DNA of 5,343 nucleotides. Source: a virus (taxonomy: Duplodnaviria; Heunggongvirae; Uroviricota; Caudoviricetes). Location of the stretch: the IMG/VR virus record IMGVR_UViG_2693429772_000010. One strand, written 5' to 3'. How positions within the stretch are numbered: position 1 is the stretch's first letter; every line of letters begins with the position of its first letter. The translations under genes were made by a program, and so were the position numbers. This document shows positions 1 through 5,343 of the stretch, in pieces. Below the pieces are notes generated by a model. The model was given only the letters and a program-made list of their open reading frames with translations, made no database searches and was not told where the DNA came from.

Positions 1-2
1 CG

Positions 3-3000
3 GATAAGGTGTGGACCTATAACCGCAGTAATGTGGTGATGCCGGATGATGGCGCGCCGTTCCGCTACAGCTTCAGCGCCCTGAAAGACCGCCATAATGC
101 CGTTGAGGTGAACTGGATTGACCCGGATAACGGCTGGGAGACGGCGACAGAGCTTGTGGAGGATACGCAGGCCATTGCCCGTTACGGTCGTAACGTCACG
201 AAGATGGATGCTTTTGGCTGTACCAGCCGGGGGCAGGCACACCGCGCCGGGCTGTGGCTGATTAAAACAGAACTGCTGGAAACGCAGACCGTGGACTTCA
301 GCGTGGGCGCAGAAGGGCTTCGCCATGTGCCGGGCGATGTCATTGAAATCTGTGATGATGACTATGCGGGTATCAGCATCGGCGGGCGCGTGCTGGCGGT
401 AAACAGCCAGACCCGGACGCTGACGCTCGACCGTGAAATCACGCTGCCATCCTCCGGTACCATGCTGATAAGCCTGGTTGACGGAAGTGGCAATCCGGTC
501 AGCGTGGAGGTTCAGTCCGTCACCGACGGCGTGAAGGTGAAAGTGAGCCGTGTTCCTGACGGCGTTGCTGAATACAGCGTGTGGGGGCTGAAGCTGCCGA
601 CGTTGCGCCAGCGCCTGTTCCGCTGTGTGAGTATCCGTGAGAACGATGACGGCACGTATGCCATCACTGCCGTGCAGCATGTACCGGAAAAAGAAGCCAT
701 CGTGGATAACGGGGCGCACTTTGACGGCGACCAGAGCGGCACGGTGAATGGTGTCACGCCGCCAGCGGTGCAGCACCTGACTGCCGAAGTCACCGCAGAC
801 AGCGGGGAATATCAGGTGCTGGCGCGCTGGGACACGCCGAAGGTGGTGAAGGGGGTGAGCTTTATGCTTCGCCTGACCGTGGCAGCGGATGACGGCAGTG
901 AGCGGCTGGTCAGCACGGCCCGGACGACGGAAACCACATACCGCTTCACGCAACTGGCGCTGGGACGGTACACGCTGACAGTCCGGGCGGTAAATGCCTG
1001 GGGACAGCAGGGCGATCCGGCGTCGGTATCGTTCCGGATTGCCGCACCGGCAGCGCCGTCGCGGATTGAGCTGACGCCGGGCTATTTTCAGATAACTGCC
1101 ACGCCGCATCTTGCGGTTTATGATCCGACGGTACAGTTTGAGTTCTGGTTCTCGGAAAAACGGATTGCGGATATCAGGCAGGTTGAAACCAGCGCGCGTT
1201 ATCTTGGTACGGCACTGTACTGGATAGCCGCCAGTATCAATATCAAACCGGGCCATGATTATTATTTTTACGTTCGCAGTGTGAACACCGTTGGCAAATC
1301 GGCATTCGTGGAGGCTGTCGGTCAGCCGAGTGATGATGCATCAGGCTATCTGGATTTTTTCAAAGGCGAGATAGGGAAAACCCATCTGGCTCAGGAGCTG
1401 TGGACGCAGATTGATAACGGTCAGCTTGCGCCTGACCTGACTGAAATCAGGACGTCCATAACGGATGTCAGCAATGAAATAACACAGACCGTCAATAAGA
1501 AACTGGAAGACCAGAGTGCAGCGATCCAGCAGATACAGAAGGTTCAGGTTAGGACCTATAACCGCAGTAATGTGGTGATGCCGGATGATGGCGCGCCGTT
1601 CCGCTACAGCTTCAGCGCCCTGAAAGACCGCCATAATGCCGTTGAGGTGAACTGGATTGACCCGGATAACGGCTGGGAGACGGCGACAGAGCTTGTGGAG
1701 GATACGCAGGCCATTGTCCGTTACGGTCGTAACGTCACGAAGATGGATGCCTTTGGCTGTACCAGCCGGGGGCAGGCACACCGCGCCGGGCTGTGGCTGA
1801 TTAAAACGGAACTGCTGGAGACGCAGACCGTGGATTTCAGCGTGGGTGCTGAAGGGCTTCGTCATGTACCGGGCGATGTCATTGAAATCTGCGATGATGA
1901 CTATGCCGGTATCCGCACCGGCGGGCGCGTGCTGGCGGTGAACAGCCAGACCCGGACGCTGACGCTCGACCGTGAAATCACGCTGCCATCCTCCGGCACC
2001 ACGCTGATAAGCCTGGTTGACGGGCAGGGGAATCCGGTCAGCGTGGAGGTCCAGTCCGTCACCGACGGCGTGAAGGTAAAAGTGAGCCGTGTTCCTGACG
2101 GTGTTGCTGAATACAGCGTGTGGGGGCTGAAGCTGCCGACGCTGCACCAGCGATTGTTCCGCTGCGTGAGTATCCGTGAGAACGACGACGGCACGTATGC
2201 CATCACCGCCGTGCAGCATGTGCCGGAAAAAGAAGCCATCGTGGATAACGGGGCGCACTTTGACGGCGACCAGAGCGGCACGGTGAATGGTGTCACGCCG
2301 CCAGCGGTGCAGCACCTGACTGCCGAAGTCACCGCAGACAGCGGGGAATATCAGGTGCTGGCGCGCTGGGACACGCCGAAGGTGGTGAAGGGCGTGAGCT
2401 TCCTGCTCCGTCTGACCGTAACAGCGGATGACGGCAGTGAGCGGCTGGTCAGCACGGCCCGGACGACGGAAACCACTTACCGCTTCACACAACTGGCGCT
2501 GGGGAACTACAGGCTGACAGTCCGGGCAGTAAATGCGTGGGGGCAGCAGGGCGATCCGGCGTCGGTATCGTTCCGGATTGCCGCACCGGCAGCGCCGTCG
2601 CGGATTGAGCTGACGCCGGGCTATTTTCAGATAACCGCCACGCCGCATCTTGCGGTTTATGACCCGACGGTACAGTTTGAGTTCTGGTTCTCGGAAAAAC
2701 GGATTGCGGATATCAGGCAGGTTGAAACCAGCGCGCGTTATCTTGGTACGGCACTGTACTGGATAGCCGCCAGTATCAATATCAAACCGGGCCATGATTA
2801 TTATTTTTACGTTCGCAGTGTGAACACCGTTGGCAAATCGGCATTCGTGGAGGCTGTCGGTCAGCCGAGTGATGATGCATCAGGCTATCTGGATTTTTTC
2901 AAAGGCGAGATAGGGAAAACCCATCTGGCTCAGGAGCTGTGGACGCAGATTGATAACGGTCAGCTTGCGCCTGACCTGACTGAAATCAGGACGTCCATAA

Positions 3001-3527
3001 CGGATGTCAGCAATGAAATAACACAGACCGTCAATAAGAAACTGGAAGACCAGAGTGCAGCGATCCAGCAGATACAGAAGGTTCAGGTTGATACAAATAA
3101 TAACCTGAACAGCATGTGGGCAGTGAAGCTGCAGCAGATGCAGGACGGACGCCTTTATATCGCGGGTATCGGTGCCGGTATTGAGAACACCCCTGACGGC
3201 ATGCAGAGTCAGGTGCTGCTGGCAGCAGACAGGATTGCGATGATTAATCCTGCGAATGGCAACACAAAGCCGATGTTTGTTGGTCAGGGCGATCAGATAT
3301 TCATGAATGAAGTGTTCCTGAAACGCCTGACGGCCCCCACCATTACCAGCGGCGGTAATCCTCCGGCATTTTCCCTGACATCAGACGGGAGACTGACGGC
3401 GAAAAATGCGGATATCAGTGGATGGAGGACACGCAGGCCATTGCCCGTTACGGTCGTAACGTCACGAAGATGGATGCCTTTGGCTGTACCAGCCGGGGGC
3501 AGGCACACCGCGCAGGGCTGTGGCTGA
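3..3527 (+). CDS. J: Phage tail-tip host-specificity protein, lambda gpJ-like; 5'-partial. Contains an in-frame 513-codon internal tandem duplication, then a C-terminal module (variant 1) cut off after '...TAKNADISG', then 35 out-of-frame codons before the stop.
   Basis: Frame-0 ORF is open from the window edge (codons GAT AAG at 3-8 precede the track's GTG at 9), so the true start lies upstream. The translation has the motifs I recall from lambda J's central and C-terminal regions (e.g. '[21 protein letters not shown]', '[18 protein letters not shown]', FN3-like '[32 protein letters not shown]'). The tail '[34 protein letters not shown]' is the J central region read out of frame. Homology is from memory, not a database search. 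Confidence 0.8.
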   Translation, partial: DKVWTYNRSNVVMPDDGAPFRYSFSALKDRHNAVEVNWIDPDNGWETATELVEDTQAIARYGRNVTKMDAFGCTSRGQAHRAGLWLIKTELLETQTVDFSVGAEGLRHVPGDVIEICDDDYAGISIGGRVLAVNSQTRTLTLDREITLPSSGTMLISLVDGSGNPVSVEVQSVTDGVKVKVSRVPDGVAEYSVWGLKLPTLRQRLFRCVSIRENDDGTYAITAVQHVPEKEAIVDNGAHFDGDQSGTVNGVTPPAVQHLTAEVTADSGEYQVLARWDTPKVVKGVSFMLRLTVAADDGSERLVSTARTTETTYRFTQLALGRYTLTVRAVNAWGQQGDPASVSFRIAAPAAPSRIELTPGYFQITATPHLAVYDPTVQFEFWFSEKRIADIRQVETSARYLGTALYWIAASINIKPGHDYYFYVRSVNTVGKSAFVEAVGQPSDDASGYLDFFKGEIGKTHLAQELWTQIDNGQLAPDLTEIRTSITDVSNEITQTVNKKLEDQSAAIQQIQKVQVRTYNRSNVVMPDDGAPFRYSFSALKDRHNAVEVNWIDPDNGWETATELVEDTQAIVRYGRNVTKMDAFGCTSRGQAHRAGLWLIKTELLETQTVDFSVGAEGLRHVPGDVIEICDDDYAGIRTGGRVLAVNSQTRTLTLDREITLPSSGTTLISLVDGQGNPVSVEVQSVTDGVKVKVSRVPDGVAEYSVWGLKLPTLHQRLFRCVSIRENDDGTYAITAVQHVPEKEAIVDNGAHFDGDQSGTVNGVTPPAVQHLTAEVTADSGEYQVLARWDTPKVVKGVSFLLRLTVTADDGSERLVSTARTTETTYRFTQLALGNYRLTVRAVNAWGQQGDPASVSFRIAAPAAPSRIELTPGYFQITATPHLAVYDPTVQFEFWFSEKRIADIRQVETSARYLGTALYWIAASINIKPGHDYYFYVRSVNTVGKSAFVEAVGQPSDDASGYLDFFKGEIGKTHLAQELWTQIDNGQLAPDLTEIRTSITDVSNEITQTVNKKLEDQSAAIQQIQKVQVDTNNNLNSMWAVKLQQMQDGRLYIAGIGAGIENTPDGMQSQVLLAADRIAMINPANGNTKPMFVGQGDQIFMNEVFLKRLTAPTITSGGNPPAFSLTSDGRLTAKNADISGWRTRRPLPVTVVTSRRWMPLAVPAGGRHTAQGCG
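12..1550 (+). repeat. Direct repeat copy 1 of the J central region (1539-bp unit)
   Basis: Positions 13-1550 align base-for-base without indels to 1552-3089 (offset 1539), e.g. 'ggacctataaccgcagtaatgtggtgatgccggatgatgg' at 13 and 1552. Positions 157-1400 also align to 3423-4666 (offset 3266). Confidence 0.9.
1551..3089 (+). repeat. Direct repeat copy 2 of the J central region (tandem to copy 1; the most divergent copy)
   Basis: Same length as copy 1 (1539 bp, 513 codons), so the duplication is in-frame. By eye there are a few dozen scattered substitutions against copy 1, giving protein changes A>V, IS>RT, M>T, S>Q, R>H, M>L, A>T, R>N and T>R, all within roughly the first 330 codons of the unit; the rest of the unit carries only a few synonymous changes. 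Confidence 0.9.
3114..3421 (+). repeat. C-terminal module variant 1 (truncated), paralogous to 4757..5064
   Basis: '[103 protein letters not shown]' aligns over its full length, without gaps, to the variant-2 stretch '[103 protein letters not shown]'. Both segments are 308 nt and both end in 'aaaaatgcggatatcagtgg'. Confidence 0.8.
3416..3430 (+). other. Rearrangement junction: variant-1 C-terminal module fused out of frame to the J central region
   Basis: '...gcggatatcagtgg|at|ggaggacacgcaggcc...': the left side matches the end of the C-terminal module (5051-5064), the right side matches copy-1 158-171 ('ggaggatacgcaggcc'). The register differs by 2 nt from an in-frame fusion, with 'gg'/'tgg' microhomology at the breakpoint. 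Confidence 0.75.
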
Positions 3528-5343
3528 TTAAAACAGAACTGCTGGAAACGCAGACCGTGGACTTCAGCGTGGGCGCAGAAGGGCTTCGCCATGTGCCGGG
3601 CGATGTCATTGAAATCTGTGATGATGACTATGCCGGTATCAGCACCGGCGGGCGCGTGCTGGCGGTAAACAGCCAGACCCGGACGCTGACGCTCGACCGT
3701 GAAATCACGCTGCCATCCTCCGGTACCATGCTGATAAGCCTGGTTGACGGAAGTGGCAATCCGGTCAGCGTGGAGGTTCAGTCCGTCACCGACGGCGTGA
3801 AGGTGAAAGTGAGCCGTGTTCCTGACGGCGTTGCTGAATACAGCGTGTGGGGGCTGAAGCTGCCGACGTTGCGCCAGCGCCTGTTCCGCTGTGTGAGTAT
3901 CCGTGAGAACGATGACGGCACGTATGCCATCACTGCCGTGCAGCATGTACCGGAAAAAGAAGCCATCGTGGATAACGGGGCGCACTTTGACGGCGACCAG
4001 AGCGGCACGGTGAATGGTGTCACGCCGCCAGCGGTGCAGCACCTGACTGCCGAAGTCACCGCAGACAGCGGGGAATATCAGGTGCTGGCGCGCTGGGACA
4101 CGCCGAAGGTGGTGAAGGGGGTGAGCTTTATGCTTCGCCTGACCGTGGCAGCGGATGACGGCAGTGAGCGGCTGGTCAGCACGGCCCGGACGACGGAAAC
4201 CACATACCGCTTCACGCAACTGGCGCTGGGACGGTACACGCTGACAGTCCGGGCGGTAAATGCCTGGGGACAGCAGGGCGATCCGGCGTCGGTATCGTTC
4301 AGGATTGCCGCACCGGTAGCACCGTCGCGGATTGAGCTGACGCCGGGCTATTTTCAGATAACTGCCACGCCGCATCTTGCGGTTTATGATCCGACGGTAC
4401 AGTTTGAGTTCTGGTTCTCGGAAACGCGGATTACCGATATCAGGCAGGTTGAAACCACAGCCCGCTACCTTGGCGCGGGGCTGTACTGGATAGCCGCCAG
4501 TATCAATATCAAACCGGGCCATGATTATTACTTTTATATCCGCAGTGTGAACACCGTTGGCAAATCGGCATTCGTGGAGGCCGTCGGTCGGGCGAGCGAT
4601 GATGCGGAAGGTTACCTGGATTTTTTCAAAGGCAAGATAACCGAATCCCATCTCGGTAAAGAGCTGCTGGAAAAAGTTGATCTGACGGAGGATAACGCCA
4701 GCAGACTGGATGAGTTTTCGAAAGAGTGGAAGGACGCTAACGATAAATGGAATGCGATGTGGGGCGTCAAAATTGAGCAGACCAAAGACGGCAAACATTA
4801 TGTCGCGGGTATTGGCCTCAGCATGGAGGACACGGAGGAAGGCAAGCTGAGCCAGTTTCTGGTTGCCGCCAATCGTATCGCGTTTATTGACCCGGCAAAC
4901 GGGAATGAAACGCCGATGTTTGTGGCGCAGGGCAACCAGATATTCATGAACGACGTGTTCCTGAAGCGCCTGACAGCCCCCGCCATTACCAGCGGTGGCA
5001 GTCCTCCGGTATTTTCCCTGACATCAGACGGAAAGCTGACCGCTAAAAATGCGGATATCAGTGGTAGTGTGAATGCGAACTCAGGAACGCTCAACAATGT
5101 CACGATTAACCAGAACTGTACGATTAAGGGCATGCTGGAGGCGACCCAGGTCAGAGGGGATTTCGTTAAAGCTGTATCAAAAGCCTTCCCGAAAAAAGTC
5201 GGTACGTGGGGTAACACGGAAACACCAGACGGTACGGTTACAGTCACCATCAGCGATGATCATAACTTTGACCGCCAGATTATTATTCCGCCCATTATTT
5301 TTAACGGTATAGCGTATGACGATCCGGGGAGCGGAAATAACCC
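3422..5343 (+). CDS. J: J-like host-specificity protein, central FN3-like region plus lambda-like C-terminal receptor-binding region (variant 2); 3'-partial. Either a separately initiated C-terminal J fragment or the downstream half of a J gene disrupted at the 3421/3422 junction.
   Basis: Frame 2 has a stop at 3356-3358 (TAA), a first ATG at 3422-3424, and then no stop to the end of the window (translated by hand: '[37 protein letters not shown]...[185 protein letters not shown]...'). It is absent from the ORF track, presumably because it lacks a stop in the window. No clear Shine-Dalgarno sits upstream of the ATG (only 'agtgg'), so independent translation is uncertain. Confidence 0.6.
   Translation, partial: MEDTQAIARYGRNVTKMDAFGCTSRGQAHRAGLWLIKTELLETQTVDFSVGAEGLRHVPGDVIEICDDDYAGISTGGRVLAVNSQTRTLTLDREITLPSSGTMLISLVDGSGNPVSVEVQSVTDGVKVKVSRVPDGVAEYSVWGLKLPTLRQRLFRCVSIRENDDGTYAITAVQHVPEKEAIVDNGAHFDGDQSGTVNGVTPPAVQHLTAEVTADSGEYQVLARWDTPKVVKGVSFMLRLTVAADDGSERLVSTARTTETTYRFTQLALGRYTLTVRAVNAWGQQGDPASVSFRIAAPVAPSRIELTPGYFQITATPHLAVYDPTVQFEFWFSETRITDIRQVETTARYLGAGLYWIAASINIKPGHDYYFYIRSVNTVGKSAFVEAVGRASDDAEGYLDFFKGKITESHLGKELLEKVDLTEDNASRLDEFSKEWKDANDKWNAMWGVKIEQTKDGKHYVAGIGLSMEDTEEGKLSQFLVAANRIAFIDPANGNETPMFVAQGNQIFMNDVFLKRLTAPAITSGGSPPVFSLTSDGKLTAKNADISGSVNANSGTLNNVTINQNCTIKGMLEATQVRGDFVKAVSKAFPKKVGTWGNTETPDGTVTVTISDDHNFDRQIIIPPIIFNGIAYDDPGSGNN
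3423..4666 (+). repeat. Direct repeat copy 3 of the J central region (partial: begins at the equivalent of copy-1 position 157; near-identical to copy 1 up to about 4424, then progressively divergent)
   Basis: Offset of 3266 from copy 1 is maintained without indels (e.g. 'gatgatgacta' at 355 and 3621; 'tggatttttt' at 1351 and 4617). At the sites where copy 1 and copy 2 differ, copy 3 carries the copy-1 state; the exception is the IS(I/T)GG site, where it has an intermediate 'ISTGG'. The antisense track ORFs 512..793 and 3778..4059 are identical in sequence, confirming identity there. Confidence 0.85.
4757..5064 (+). repeat. C-terminal module variant 2 (complete; continues into the distal receptor-binding region through the window end)
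   Basis: Paralogous to 3114..3421 at roughly 80% nucleotide identity by eye. Unlike variant 1 it continues in frame past 'NADISG' into '[22 protein letters not shown]...'. Confidence 0.8.

Noticed and set aside
1341-2795. Long minus-strand ORFs across the window (1341..2795, 3293..4798, 4798..5250, 512..793, 1901..2332, 3778..4059, 4612..4794) and the plus-strand ORF 5073..5312
   Set aside because: All lie entirely within, and antisense or out of frame to, the J-homologous coding frame. Their translations are low-complexity and Arg/Pro/Cys-rich, typical of shadow ORFs in GC-rich coding DNA. The identical 93-aa antisense ORFs at 512..793 and 3778..4059 merely reflect the copy 1/copy 3 repeat.
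3399-3424. Programmed -1 ribosomal frameshift linking frame 0 to frame 2 near 'gaaaaatgcgg'
   Set aside because: 'G AAA AAT' is not a canonical X XXY YYZ slippery heptamer, and the same sequence occurs at 5043-5053 inside the uninterrupted variant-2 module, so it is ordinary coding sequence. The frame change is explained by the 2-bp junction offset.
12-4666. Diversity-generating retroelement (template/variable repeat) signature
   Set aside because: Differences between the repeat copies involve all four bases (c>t, t>c, g>a, a>g, g>c and others) rather than being adenine-specific. The repeats are about 1.5 kb rather than about 100-150 bp, and no reverse-transcriptase ORF is present in the window.
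12-4666. CRISPR array
   Set aside because: The repeats are kilobase-scale coding sequence with no short, regularly spaced repeat and spacer structure.
1-5343. Insertion sequence or transposon responsible for the rearrangement
   Set aside because: No transposase-like ORF, terminal inverted repeats or target-site duplications are visible; the junctions show only 2-4 bp microhomology, consistent with recombination or an assembly join.
1-5343. Promoters, terminators and tRNA or other RNA genes
   Set aside because: The window is continuous coding sequence with no intergenic space. No convincing -35/-10 pair with appropriate spacing, no stem-loop plus T-tract, and no tRNA-like structure was identified by eye.

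Overview
The whole window is coding sequence for a lambdoid phage tail-tip host-specificity protein (lambda gpJ-like), almost certainly inside a prophage tail module of an enterobacterial genome. It is not a simple gene: the central beta-sandwich (FN3-like) region of J is present three times as direct repeats. Copies 1 and 2 form an exact-length, in-frame 1539-bp tandem duplication. A 308-bp C-terminal module (variant 1) follows and ends abruptly at 3421. A 2-bp out-of-register junction then restarts the J central region (copy 3, nearly identical to copy 1), which continues into a second, divergent, lambda-like C-terminal receptor-binding module (variant 2) that runs off the 3' edge. The junction ends the upstream reading frame at 3527 and creates an ATG at 3422 that opens the downstream J frame. 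The supplied ORF track misses this downstream ORF, evidently because it has no stop in the window. No RNA genes, CRISPR arrays, transposases or convincing promoters or terminators were seen. The main interest is the mosaic, repeat-rich J locus with two alternative receptor-binding C-terminal modules; it could be real biology (J allele chimerism or duplication affecting host range) or a repeat-driven assembly artefact, and read-level checks are needed to tell.
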